Assembly: GCA_963708835.1 (NCBI GenBank) | Contig: CAVPUB010000002.1 | Location: 216,512 to 280,511 of the forward strand | Length of the DNA stretch: 64,000 nt | Source of the DNA: an uncultured Actinomycetota bacterium | Lineage (GTDB): Bacteria > Actinomycetota > Thermoleophilia > Solirubrobacterales > Solirubrobacteraceae | Direction: 5' to 3' | Shown here: positions 51,385 to 60,418 of the stretch, one piece after another | Layout: each line of letters begins with the position of its first letter | Position numbering within the stretch: position 1 is the stretch's first letter | Notes under the pieces: model-generated | Told to the model about the DNA's origin: nothing | Seen by the model: only the letters and a program-made list of their open reading frames with translations | The model's database searches: none | Made by a program: the position numbers and the translations under genes

Positions 51385-52260
51385 ATGGCCACCAAGCAGA
51401 CCGTCGCCGTGCTCGGCGCCGGCGGGATCATGGGGTTCGCCATGGCGCGCAACCTGGCGCGCGACGGCTACGCCATCCGGGCGTGGAACCGCTCGCGCGA
51501 GAAGGCCGAGCCCCTGGCCGAAGACGGCGCCGAGATCTTCGACAGCCCCGCCCAGGCGGCCGAGGGCGCCGACGTCATCCTCACGATGGTCGCCGACGCC
51601 GCCACCGTGCTCGACGCCGTCGACGGCAACGGCGGGGCGCTGTCGGCCGGCCACGCCGCCGAGGCGATCTGGCTGCAGATGAGCACGATCGGCATCGAGG
51701 GCACCGACCGCTGCCTCGCGCTGGCCGGCGAGCACGGGATGGCGTTCTTCGACGCCCCGGTGCTGGGCACCAAGGCGCCCGCCGAGCAGGGCAGCCTCGT
51801 CGTGCTCGCCTCGGGGCCCGACAGCCGGCGCGAGCGCGTGCAGCCGATCTTCGACGTCGTCGGCTCGCGCACGATGTGGGTCGGCGAAGCCGGCGCGGCG
51901 ACGCGGCTCAAGCTCGCCGTCAACACCTGGGTCCTCACCGTTCTCGAGGGGACCGCCGAGGTGCTGGCGCTGGCCGAGGGCCTCGGCCTCGATCCGGAGC
52001 TCGTGCTCGACGCCGTCAAGGACGGGCCGCTGGACATCGGATACATGCAGATGAAGGGCCGGGCGATGATGGCCCGCGAGTTCGAGCCGTCGTTCCGGCT
52101 TCGGCTGGCGGCCAAGGACGCCGGCCTGGTGGCCGACGCCGTCGAGGTGCACGGGCTCGACCTGCCGCTGGTCACCGCCATCCGCGACCGCCTGGAGCAG
52201 GGCATCCCCGAGCACGGCGAGAAGGACATGGCCGCGACCTACCTGACCAGCGCGCCCTAG
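51385..52260 (+). CDS. NAD(P)-dependent beta-hydroxyacid dehydrogenase (3-hydroxyisobutyrate/6-phosphogluconate dehydrogenase-like)
   Basis: Rossmann VAVLGAGGIMGFAMARNL, plus the LKLAVN motif of this family. Confidence 0.85.
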   Translation: MATKQTVAVLGAGGIMGFAMARNLARDGYAIRAWNRSREKAEPLAEDGAEIFDSPAQAAEGADVILTMVADAATVLDAVDGNGGALSAGHAAEAIWLQMSTIGIEGTDRCLALAGEHGMAFFDAPVLGTKAPAEQGSLVVLASGPDSRRERVQPIFDVVGSRTMWVGEAGAATRLKLAVNTWVLTVLEGTAEVLALAEGLGLDPELVLDAVKDGPLDIGYMQMKGRAMMAREFEPSFRLRLAAKDAGLVADAVEVHGLDLPLVTAIRDRLEQGIPEHGEKDMAATYLTSAP

Positions 52261-52265
52261 CGCCC

Positions 52266-52913
52266 TCAGTGGGCGATGAGCACGCGCAGGTGGCGGGGCC
52301 CATGCACGCCTTCCACGCGTGAGAGCTCGATGTCCGAGCTCGCCGACGGGCCCGAGACGAGCGTGATCGGCCGCCGGCCATCGCGCACCGCGGGCGCCAC
52401 GGCGGCGATCGCCTCCGGGACGAGCTCGACGATCTGCCCGGCCAGGACGACGCAGATGTGATGGTCGGGGACCAGAGTGAGCAACCGCCGCCCGCAGATG
52501 GGCGAGCCGTCGAGCACGATCGTCCCCGTCTCGGCGATCGCCACCGCGCATCCGGTCACGGCGCCGTCGATGGCGTCAAGCTCGGTGGCGGTCAGGTCGA
52601 CGTCCTCGGTGAGTTCGACGTCGCGCGGACGCCAGCCCGCCGGAAGCCCGGGCGGGACCACCACGCGCCCCAGGCCCATCTCGGCGCACGCCGCGGTCAC
52701 CGCGTCGGCCAGCTGCCCGGCGGTCACGACCCGCACCTCGGCCGCGTAGTCGGCGATGCGCTCGGCCAGGTGATCGACCAGCTGCTCGCGGCTGCGCCCG
52801 CCGGCCCGCGCATAGTCGCGCGCGACGGCGACGTCTTGCGGGCGCTCGCCGGCGGGGACGTCGCGCAGGGCGCCCCGGATACGGCCGAGGATCTCCTCGC
52901 GCGCGGCGCTCAC
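52266..52913 (-). CDS. lutC: Lactate utilization protein C (LUD domain)
   Basis: GTG 52913 forms a GTGA overlap with the lutB stop. REEILGRIR N-terminus and LUD-domain length. Confidence 0.8.
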   Translation of the reverse strand: MSAAREEILGRIRGALRDVPAGERPQDVAVARDYARAGGRSREQLVDHLAERIADYAAEVRVVTAGQLADAVTAACAEMGLGRVVVPPGLPAGWRPRDVELTEDVDLTATELDAIDGAVTGCAVAIAETGTIVLDGSPICGRRLLTLVPDHHICVVLAGQIVELVPEAIAAVAPAVRDGRRPITLVSGPSASSDIELSRVEGVHGPRHLRVLIAH

Positions 52914-54358
52914 GACCGCTCCCGCCACCAGTCCCGGAAGCTCTGCGGCGGCACGGCGGGCAGGTCGCGCGCCGAGCTCCAGCCTGACAAGGGCCCGGGC
53001 AGCCGCCGGATCTTCCCGTCGCGCACGAGCGGCCACTGGGTCAGGCGCCCTGCCCGCTGGGCTGCCTCATAGAGCCGGCGGTTGGCGAACACCCGGGCCA
53101 TCGCACGCATGGCGAGGTGCTCGGGCTCCAGACGCTCGCGAACGCCCGGCGCGCGCTCGGCCTTGGCCACTTCCTGGTGGCGCAGGTGCACCAGCACCTC
53201 GGGGATGTTGATCTTGACCGGGCAGACCTCGTAGCAGGCACCGCACAGGCTCGAGGCGTAGGGCAGCGACCCCGCCTCGGTCATCCCGCTCAGCATCGGC
53301 GTGAGGATGGCGCCGATCGGCCCCGGGTACGTCGAGCCGTAGGCGTGGCCGCCGGTGCGCTCGTACACCGGGCAGACGTTGAGGCAGGCCGAGCAGCGGA
53401 TGCAGTTGAGCGCCTGGCGCCCGATCTCGTCGGCGAGCACGTTCGTGCGCCCGTTGTCGACGAGCACGAGGTGGAACTCGCGCGGCCCGTCGCCGTCGGA
53501 CACCCCGGTCCACAGCGACGTGTACGGGTTCATCCGCTCCGCGGTGGAGGAGCGCGGCAGCAGTTGCAGGAAGACCTCGAGGTCCTCCCAGGTCGGGACC
53601 AGCTTCTCGATCCCCATCACGCTGATGAGCACCTCGGGCAGCGTCGTGCACATGCGCCCGTTGCCCTCGGACTCGACCACCGAGACCGTGCCGGTGTCGG
53701 CGACGGCGAAGTTGACGCCGCTGATCCCCACCCGAGCGCTCAAGAACAGCTTGCGCAGGTGCACCCGGGCGGTCTCGGCCAGCTCGCGTGGGTCGTCGGA
53801 GAGCTCGGGCGGCGCGTCGGGCAGCGTGCGGGCGAACAGGGCGCGGATCTGCTCGCGGTTCTTGTGGATCGCCGGGACCAGGATGTGCGAGGGCGCGTCG
53901 TCTGAGAGCTGGATGATGAGCTGGGCCAGATCGGTCTCCCAGGCGGTGATGCCACGCTCCTGGAGCGCCTCGTTGAGCCCGGTCTCCTCGGTCGTCAGCG
54001 ACTTGGCCTTGACCACCTCGTCCACGCCGTGGGCGGCGACGATGTCGCCGACGATCCGGTTGCACTCCTCGCCGTCGCGCGCCCAGTGCACGACGCCCCC
54101 GGCCCGCTGAACGGATTCCTCCAGAGCGATGAGGTGGGTGTCGAGGTGGCGCAGCACGCGCTCCTTCAGCGCGCGACCCGCCTCGCGCAGCCCCTCCCAG
54201 TCCTCGACCTCGGCCACCACGGCGGCGCGCTTGGCGCGGATGGTGTGGGTGGCGTGCCCGAGGTTGTGGCGCAACTGGGTGTCGGCCAGCGCGATCCGCG
54301 CGGCCTCGGGAAACGACGCCGCTCGCCCCGCCCCGCCTCGCCCGGCGTTCGCGCTCAC
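52910..54358 (-). CDS. lutB: Lactate utilization iron-sulfur protein B
   Basis: GTG 54358 overlaps the lutA stop. Two 4Fe-4S motifs, CIRCSACLNVCP and CGACYEVCP. Confidence 0.85.
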   Translation of the reverse strand: MSANAGRGGAGRAASFPEAARIALADTQLRHNLGHATHTIRAKRAAVVAEVEDWEGLREAGRALKERVLRHLDTHLIALEESVQRAGGVVHWARDGEECNRIVGDIVAAHGVDEVVKAKSLTTEETGLNEALQERGITAWETDLAQLIIQLSDDAPSHILVPAIHKNREQIRALFARTLPDAPPELSDDPRELAETARVHLRKLFLSARVGISGVNFAVADTGTVSVVESEGNGRMCTTLPEVLISVMGIEKLVPTWEDLEVFLQLLPRSSTAERMNPYTSLWTGVSDGDGPREFHLVLVDNGRTNVLADEIGRQALNCIRCSACLNVCPVYERTGGHAYGSTYPGPIGAILTPMLSGMTEAGSLPYASSLCGACYEVCPVKINIPEVLVHLRHQEVAKAERAPGVRERLEPEHLAMRAMARVFANRRLYEAAQRAGRLTQWPLVRDGKIRRLPGPLSGWSSARDLPAVPPQSFRDWWRERS

Positions 54359-55137
54359 GCCGGCGCGCCCGTCTTGGTCTCGGCCAGGATCTCGGCCAGG
54401 TGCATGGTGCGCACCCCGGTGCGCTGGCGCGAGAGCGCGCCGCCGATGTGCATGAGGCACGAGTTGTCGGCGCTCACGCACACCTCGGCGCCGGTGTCGA
54501 GGATCGCGCGGACCTTGTCGGTCAGCATGGCGATCGACGTGTCGGCGTTCTTGACCGCGAAGGTGCCGCCGAAGCCGCAGCATTGCGCGGCCTCGGGGAG
54601 CTCGACGACGTCGATGCCCCTCACGGCGCGCAGCAGGCGCAGCGGCCGGTCGCCGACATGCAGCATGCGCAGGCTGTGACAGGTGGGGTGATAGGTGACC
54701 CGTCGCGGGAAGTACGCGCCCACGTCCTCGATCCCGAGCCGGTCGACGAGCAGCTCGGAGAGCTCGAGCACCCGGGGGGTGATGGCCGCCACCTCGCGCG
54801 CCAGCCCGGGGTCGCCGGAGAGCTCGGCCACGCGCCCGTAGTAGTCGCGCACCATGCCCACGCACGAGGCCGAGGGCGAGACGACGAGCTCGGCGTCGCC
54901 GAACACCCGGACGAAGCGCCGCACCAGCGGGATCGTCTCCTCCGCGTAGCCGGTGTTGAAGTGCATCTGGCCGCAACACGTCTGCTCCAGAGGGAAGTCG
55001 ACGGCGACCCCCAGGCGCTCGAGCACGGTCACCACAGCCCGTCCCGTCTGCGGGAACATCGTGTCGTTGAAGCACGTGATGAACAGCGAGACGCGGCTGG
55101 GCGAGGCGTCGGCGGACAAGCGCACATCATCGACCAT
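54355..55137 (-). CDS. lutA: Lactate utilization protein A (CCG-domain Fe-S oxidoreductase)
   Basis: Cys-rich CCG repeats (FITCFND..QTCCGQ and HPTCH..CCGFGG). Confidence 0.85.
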   Translation of the reverse strand: MVDDVRLSADASPSRVSLFITCFNDTMFPQTGRAVVTVLERLGVAVDFPLEQTCCGQMHFNTGYAEETIPLVRRFVRVFGDAELVVSPSASCVGMVRDYYGRVAELSGDPGLAREVAAITPRVLELSELLVDRLGIEDVGAYFPRRVTYHPTCHSLRMLHVGDRPLRLLRAVRGIDVVELPEAAQCCGFGGTFAVKNADTSIAMLTDKVRAILDTGAEVCVSADNSCLMHIGGALSRQRTGVRTMHLAEILAETKTGAPA

Positions 55138-55165
55138 TGCCGACCATCATCGCGGATCCGACGGA

Positions 55166-55209
55166 TACTTGCGCCAGCAATCATTCCTGGTATACTTGCG
55201 CTAGCAAGC
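55166..55209. promoter_or_regulatory. Two direct copies of a 17-nt box (TACTTGCGCCAGCAATC and TACTTGCGCTAGCAAGC), candidate MarR operator
   Basis: Read directly in the lutA/dioxygenase divergent region. The same box occurs upstream of the MarR gene at 57389..57405. Confidence 0.6.
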
Positions 55210-55276
55210 TAATCCCACCCCCATCACCGGCCAACCCGTCACCCACGGGGGGCGCCAGGGAGGAGCACCGACACCC

Positions 55277-56227
55277 ATGAATCCGATCGAAGGCATCCAC
55301 CACATCACCCTCATCACCGGCGACGCGCCCGGCAACGTGGACTTCTACGCCCGCGTACTGGGCCTGCGGTTGGTCAAGAAGACCGTCAACCAGGACGACC
55401 CCGGCGTCTACCACCTGTTCTACGCCGACGAGAACGGCTCCCCCGGCGCCGACATCACGTTCTTCGAGTACCCGGGCGCCACGCCCGGCCGCGCCGGCAC
55501 GGGGATGATCTCGCGCATCGTGCACCGCGTGGCCTCAGAGGAGGCCCTGGACTTCTGGCAGGAGCGCCTTGCCGGCGAGGGCGTCGCCACCGAGCGCGAG
55601 CCCGGCCGGCTGTTGTTCGCCGATCCCGAGGGCATGGGCCACGAGCTGGCCGTGATCACCACCACCGACATCCCGCTGAGCGCCGTCAGCCTCGAGGTCC
55701 CGGCGGAGTTCGCGCTGCAGGGCTTTGAGGCCGTGCGCGCCCGCGTCCATGACCCGGCCCGCAGCGAGGCGCTGCTCAGCCAGGTCCTTGGCTTCTCGGA
55801 GCGCAGCGCCGACGACTGGGAGGCGCGCGGCGCCGAGCGCGGCGGGCGGATCATCTTGGAGCAGTCCGATGAGCGCGGGATCCCCGGCGCCGGCACCGTG
55901 CACCACGTCGCGTGGTCGGTGCTCAGCTCCGAGATCGCCGAGTGGCAGCGCCACGTGACAGAGGCCGGCGCCCACGCCACCCCGGTGATCGACCGCTTCT
56001 ACTTCCAGTCGGTCTACTTCCGCGAGCCCGGCGGCATTCTCTACGAGCTGGCCACTCTCGACGGCGCCGGCTTCGCCTCTGACGAGGCGCCCGAGGACAT
56101 GGGCCAGGGCCTGTCGCTGCCGCCCTTCCTCGAGCAGCATCGCGCCCAGATCGAGCCGCGGCTGACCCCACTGCCCGACACGCGGCCGTGGCGTCCCGCG
56201 CCGGCCCGCACCGGGAGCTCACGATGA
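55277..56227 (+). CDS. Ring-cleaving dioxygenase of the MhqA/MhqO (glyoxalase-like, two-domain) type
   Basis: GIHHITLITGDAPGNVDFYARVLGLRLVKKTVNQDDPGVYHLFYAD and a second HHVAW domain. GGGAGGAG SD upstream. Confidence 0.85.
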   Translation: MNPIEGIHHITLITGDAPGNVDFYARVLGLRLVKKTVNQDDPGVYHLFYADENGSPGADITFFEYPGATPGRAGTGMISRIVHRVASEEALDFWQERLAGEGVATEREPGRLLFADPEGMGHELAVITTTDIPLSAVSLEVPAEFALQGFEAVRARVHDPARSEALLSQVLGFSERSADDWEARGAERGGRIILEQSDERGIPGAGTVHHVAWSVLSSEIAEWQRHVTEAGAHATPVIDRFYFQSVYFREPGGILYELATLDGAGFASDEAPEDMGQGLSLPPFLEQHRAQIEPRLTPLPDTRPWRPAPARTGSSR

Positions 56228-56895
56228 ACGGCGCCGCCGCACTCGGGTTCGAGCACGTCTATGTCCCGCCTCCACCCACCGCCAGCGACTGGACCGTGTT
56301 GCTGCTGCACGGCACGGGCGGCGACGAGCACGACCTCGTCGGGCTCGGCCGTCAGCTGGCCCCGTCGGCGGCGCTGCTGTCGCCGCGGGGCAAGGTGCTG
56401 GAGGCGGGGATGCCACGGTTCTTCCGCCGCCTGGCCATCGGGCAGCTCGACATCCCCGACCTGCTCGTGCGCACCGACGAGCTGGCCGACTTCGTGACGG
56501 CGGCCGCGTCGGCGTACGGGCGCGACCCGGGCAAGATCGCCGCGCTGGGCTTCTCCAACGGGGCCAACATCGCGGTCAGCCTGTTGCTGCGCCATCCCGC
56601 GCTGCTCGGAGCGGCCGCCCTGCTGCGCCCGATGCTGCCCTACGAGCCCGAGGGCCCGCTCCACCTCGACGGGACCCGCGTGCTCATCGCCGCCGGCGAG
56701 GGCGACCCATACTCGTCGCCTGCGCAGACGCAGCGTCTGGCCGAGGTGCTGGACACCGCGGGCGCCGCGGTGTCCGTGCACGTCGAGCCCCGGGCCGGTC
56801 ACGGCCTCGGGAGCGGCGACCTGCGCGCCCTGGAGAGTTGGGCCGCGGGTCTAGGCGTCGCCGGCGACGGTGCAGGCGTCGGCGGCCCGCGGTGA
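56224..56895 (+). CDS. Phospholipase/carboxylesterase-family alpha/beta hydrolase (MhqD-like)
   Basis: ATGA overlap with the dioxygenase stop. LLLHGTGGDEHDL and nucleophile motif GFSNGAN. Confidence 0.8.
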   Translation: MNGAAALGFEHVYVPPPPTASDWTVLLLHGTGGDEHDLVGLGRQLAPSAALLSPRGKVLEAGMPRFFRRLAIGQLDIPDLLVRTDELADFVTAAASAYGRDPGKIAALGFSNGANIAVSLLLRHPALLGAAALLRPMLPYEPEGPLHLDGTRVLIAAGEGDPYSSPAQTQRLAEVLDTAGAAVSVHVEPRAGHGLGSGDLRALESWAAGLGVAGDGAGVGGPR

Positions 56896-57366
56896 GAAGC
56901 GGCCGAACACGGCAGCCAGCGTCTCGAGCTCCCCGGGGCGCAGCGTGTCGAAGAAGCGCTCCTGCACCGACGCGAAGTGCGTTTCCTGGGCCTCGCGCAT
57001 GAGCTTGAGGCCGGCCGGGGTGAGATGCGCCTCGACCGCGCGGGCGTCCTCCTCGCATGGCGTGCGCTGGATGAGGCCGCGCGTCTCGAGCGTCACGGCG
57101 ATGCGCGATACCCGGCTGAGGCTGAGTCCCGCCTGAGCGGCGAGTGCCGACAGCCGCAGACAGCGATCGGGCGAGGCGGCCAGGCGGGCCAGCAGCTCGA
57201 GGCCGCTCAGGCTCAGGCCGTAGCGCGACTCGAGCTCGGCGTCGAGCGCCCGCGTGAGCTGCTTGTGGGTCTCGAGCAGCCCGATCCACGCGTCGGCATG
57301 CCGCTCTGACCACTCGGCGACGCCGTTGGTCGAGACGCGGTAGGGGGCTGAGGGAGTCGTTGCCAT
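56851..57366 (-). CDS. MarR-family transcriptional regulator (MhqR-like by context)
   Basis: wHTH LRLSALAAQAGLSLSRVSRIAVTLETRGLIQR. Its 3' end overlaps the esterase gene by 45 nt. Confidence 0.85.
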   Translation of the reverse strand: MATTPSAPYRVSTNGVAEWSERHADAWIGLLETHKQLTRALDAELESRYGLSLSGLELLARLAASPDRCLRLSALAAQAGLSLSRVSRIAVTLETRGLIQRTPCEEDARAVEAHLTPAGLKLMREAQETHFASVQERFFDTLRPGELETLAAVFGRFSPRAADACTVAGDA

Positions 57367-57388
57367 CTGATCTTCATTGTAGCGCGTT

Positions 57389-57405
57389 GCTTGTTAGCGC
57401 AAGTA
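57389..57405 (-). promoter_or_regulatory. Third copy of the 17-nt box (reverse complement TACTTGCGCTAACAAGC) upstream of marR
   Basis: 16/17 identical to 55193..55209. Lies 23-39 nt upstream of the MarR start codon. Confidence 0.6.
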
Positions 57406-57466
57406 GTCCCCGGGCTGGCCGGTGTGCTGAAGTAGCTGGTGGGTAACCGACCCGCAAGGAGCGTCC

Positions 57467-57763
57467 ATGGAATCGCATCCCAACCCAGGCCCGCGCCACG
57501 AGCCCGACCGGCTGTATGAGCGGGCGTCCGACCCCGCCGAGGCCGCGGACCGTCCGCTGGAGCCCAAGTCCTCGACCGAAGAGCTCGCCGCCCGCGACGA
57601 GCCGCGCCCGGCGGACGAGCACGATCCGCACCATCGGCTCAACACGCCGGTCGGCACGCCGGATCCCGACGCCGACTCCGACCCGTATCGCGCCGAGACG
57701 CCCGACGACGACGCCGACCGCGCCTCGGGCGTGCGGGGCAGCGGGGAGCGCCCCGACCGCTGA
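57467..57763 (+). CDS. Small acidic Pro/Asp-rich, probably disordered protein (98 aa)
   Basis: AAGGAG lies 5 nt upstream of the ATG. G/C-rich third positions throughout. No family recognised. Confidence 0.5.
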   Translation: MESHPNPGPRHEPDRLYERASDPAEAADRPLEPKSSTEELAARDEPRPADEHDPHHRLNTPVGTPDPDADSDPYRAETPDDDADRASGVRGSGERPDR

Positions 57764-57771
57764 ATGAAATC

Positions 57772-57800
57772 CCGCAACCGCCGATTGCGCGGCGGTGCGG
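57772..57800 (+). terminator. GC-rich hairpin (10 bp, one bulge) after the small acidic-protein gene
   Basis: CCGCA(A)CCGCC-gattgcgc-GGCGGTGCGG, read directly. No U-tract. Confidence 0.35.
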
Positions 57801-57840
57801 CAATACTGAGGTCATGCGAGCAGTCGACCAGACCGGCGGG

Positions 57841-59898
57841 ATGCCCTTCGAGTCCCCCTACGCCCACGGCTTCGTGCGCGTGGCGGCGGCGGTCCCGCGC
57901 GTCCGCGTCGGCGACCCCCGGTTCAACGGCGCGCGCACCGTGGAGCTCGCCCAGCGCGCCCACGAGGAGCACGCCGCGCTGGTGATCTTCCCCGAGCTCG
58001 GGCTGGCGGCCTACTCCAGCGAGGACCTCTTTCACCAGGGCGCCCTGCTCGACGCCGTCACCGGGGCGATCCACGAGATCGTCCGCGCGACTGAGGCCCT
58101 GCGCCCGGTGATCGTGGTCGGGGCGCCGGTGTCGGCCGAGGGCGGGCTGTTCAACGCGGCGCTGGTCATCCACCGCGGCCGGATCCTCGGCGCGATCCCC
58201 AAGAGCTACATCCCCGAATACCACGAGTACTACGAAAAGCGCCAGTTCCGCGCCGCGCGCGACCTCGTCGGCGACGAGCTGCGCCTGCTCGGCGAGAGCA
58301 TCCCGTTCACGCCGGACCTGGTCTTCGCGTGCCGCGACGTGCCGGAGTTCGTCCTCGGCGTGGAGATCTGCGAGGACCTGTGGACGCCGGTCCCGCCCAG
58401 TACCTACGCCGCGCTGGCCGGGGCCACGGTGCTGGCCAACCTCTCGGCCTCCAACATCACCATCGGCAAGGACGGCTACCGGCGCATGCTGTGCGAGGCC
58501 CAGTCGGGGCGCACCATCTCCGGCTACGTCTACACCGCCGCCGGGCTGGGCGAGTCCACCACCGACATGGCGTGGGACGGCCAGGCGCTCATCTACGAGA
58601 ACGGCCAGCTCCTGCACGAGTCACGGCGCTTCTCCGACGAGCCGGAGTTGATCCTCGGCGACCTGGACCTCGACCGGATCCTGTCTGACCGGAGAATGAC
58701 CTCGAGCTACGGGGACTCGATCCATGACCTGCGCGATCGCGCGCGCCAGTTCCGGCGCATCGAGTTCGAGCTGGGCGTCCCCACCGACGCGTTCGCGCTG
58801 CAGCGGCGCATCGAGCGCTTCCCCTACGTCCCCGCCGATCCGGTGAGCCGCAACGAGCGCTGCGAAGAGGTCTACAACATCCAGGTCCGCGGGCTGCAGA
58901 CGCGGCTGCTGGCCACGGGCATCGAGAAGATCGTGATCGGCGTGTCGGGCGGCCTGGACAGCACCCACGCGTTGATCGTGGCGGCGCGGGCGATGGACCG
59001 GCTGGGACTGCCGCGCGCCAACGTCCTCGGCTACACGCTGCCGGGCTTTGCCACCAGCGCGCGCACGCTGCGCAACGCGTGGTCGCTGATGAACGCGCTC
59101 GGCGTCAGCGCGGCGGAGATGGACATCAAGCCGTCGGCGACCCAGATGCTGCGCGACATCGGCCACCCCGCCGCCGGCGGCGAGGCTCAGTACGACGTCA
59201 CCTATGAGAACGTCCAAGCGGGCGAGCGCACCTCCCACCTGTTCCGCCTGGCCAATTTCCACAACGCGCTGGTGCTGGGCACGGGCGACCTCTCCGAGCT
59301 CGCGCTGGGCTGGTCGACGTACGGCGTCGGAGACCAGATGTCGCATTACAACGTCAACGCCTCGGTGCCCAAGTCGCTCATCCGCTTCCTCATCCGCTGG
59401 GCGATCGACACCGATCAGTTCTCCGCGGACGCCAACGCCGTCCTGGGCGACGTCGTCGAGACCGCCATCTCCCCCGAGCTCATCCCGGTCAGCGCCGACG
59501 CCGACCACGATGGGCCCGAGCAGCACTCCGAGGACACCGTCGGCCCCTACGAGCTTCAGGACTTCTTCCTCTACTACGTGCTGCGCTTCGGGTATCGCCC
59601 CAGCAAGGTCGCCTATCTCGCCCAGCACGCCTGGGGCGACCGAGGCCGCGGCGACTGGCCGGACCTCATCCCCTCTGAGCGCCACAACGAGTACTCGCTC
59701 GAGCAGATCCGCCACTGGCTGGAGGTGTTCGTGCACCGGTTCTTCCAGACCAGCCAGTTCAAGCGCTCGGCGCTGCCCAATGCGCCGAAGGTCGGCTCGG
59801 GCGGCTCGCTGTCGCCCCGGTCAGACTGGCGGGCTCCGTCAGACAGCACGGCGGTGGCGTGGCTGCAAGAGCTGCGCGCCCGGGTCCCGGAACGCTGA
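57841..59898 (+). CDS. nadE: Glutamine-dependent NAD+ synthetase (large form: CN-hydrolase plus NAD synthetase domains)
   Basis: N-terminus [25 protein letters not shown] (glutaminase domain). SGGLDST P-loop in the synthetase domain. Confidence 0.9.
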   Translation: MPFESPYAHGFVRVAAAVPRVRVGDPRFNGARTVELAQRAHEEHAALVIFPELGLAAYSSEDLFHQGALLDAVTGAIHEIVRATEALRPVIVVGAPVSAEGGLFNAALVIHRGRILGAIPKSYIPEYHEYYEKRQFRAARDLVGDELRLLGESIPFTPDLVFACRDVPEFVLGVEICEDLWTPVPPSTYAALAGATVLANLSASNITIGKDGYRRMLCEAQSGRTISGYVYTAAGLGESTTDMAWDGQALIYENGQLLHESRRFSDEPELILGDLDLDRILSDRRMTSSYGDSIHDLRDRARQFRRIEFELGVPTDAFALQRRIERFPYVPADPVSRNERCEEVYNIQVRGLQTRLLATGIEKIVIGVSGGLDSTHALIVAARAMDRLGLPRANVLGYTLPGFATSARTLRNAWSLMNALGVSAAEMDIKPSATQMLRDIGHPAAGGEAQYDVTYENVQAGERTSHLFRLANFHNALVLGTGDLSELALGWSTYGVGDQMSHYNVNASVPKSLIRFLIRWAIDTDQFSADANAVLGDVVETAISPELIPVSADADHDGPEQHSEDTVGPYELQDFFLYYVLRFGYRPSKVAYLAQHAWGDRGRGDWPDLIPSERHNEYSLEQIRHWLEVFVHRFFQTSQFKRSALPNAPKVGSGGSLSPRSDWRAPSDSTAVAWLQELRARVPER

Positions 59899-59936
59899 CA
59901 CGGCGCACGCCGGGCCGTGAGCGCTAGGGTCCGCGC

Positions 59937-60299
59937 ATGGACCCCAGACCCATCTCCCTGGCGCAGGTGGTCAGACGCGCCGCCCAGATCGTCGACCCCG
60001 ACGACGAGGACGCCGTGATCGGCGACTTCCAGCGGGCCTTCGAGGACGACGACGAGCCGGTGGCGGGCCTCGACGATGTGCAGGAGCGCGTCGCCGAAGT
60101 GCTCTCAGTGCTCGACCCGGCGGTCAACAACGGCTCGCTGTCGATGGCCGGCGCGGTCACCGTGTATCTGAGCTACCGGCGCGACGAGCTGCACGAGGAC
60201 CCGCGCGAGCTCCTCCGGCTGGCCGCCCGCGCCGAATGGAACGACGAGCCGCCCGAGGCGGTCGTCGAGTGGCTTGACGATCACAACGTCGCGCTGTAG
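59937..60299 (+). CDS. Hypothetical acidic protein (120 aa)
   Basis: Coding-like codon bias. No family recognised. Confidence 0.5.
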   Translation: MDPRPISLAQVVRRAAQIVDPDDEDAVIGDFQRAFEDDDEPVAGLDDVQERVAEVLSVLDPAVNNGSLSMAGAVTVYLSYRRDELHEDPRELLRLAARAEWNDEPPEAVVEWLDDHNVAL

Positions 60300-60340
60300 C
60301 TAGGCGCGTCGCGCTGCAGTTAGGCGCGTCGCGCTGCAGC
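60288..60340. repeat. Tandem 20-nt repeat TAGGCGCGTCGCGCTGCAG(T/C) x2, plus a partial copy formed by the gene's 3' end
   Basis: Read directly. GTCGCGCTGTAG (end of the CDS including the stop) is followed by two full units, each containing GTCGCGCTGCAG. Confidence 0.85.
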
Positions 60341-60351
60341 CGGTTTTTCGT

Positions 60352-60378
60352 TGTCACAAACGCGGTGGGTGCCCCGTC
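60352..60378 (+). promoter_or_regulatory. ECF41-type promoter TGTCACA-N16-CGTC
   Basis: TGTCACA at 60352..60358 and CGTC at 60375..60378, with exactly 16 nt between. Lies 41 nt upstream of the epimerase ATG (AAGGAG SD at 60407). Confidence 0.7.
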
Positions 60379-60418
60379 AAGCCGTCGGGACCGCGACTCG
60401 CTTTGAAAGGAGAAACCC

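Noticed and set aside
49818-52551. 834-aa (+) and 642-aa (-) ORFs overlapping the MFS, dehydrogenase and lutC genes
   Set aside because: Both are off-frame or antisense shadows with Arg/Pro/Gly-rich translations. The annotated frames carry Rossmann, MFS and LUD motifs.
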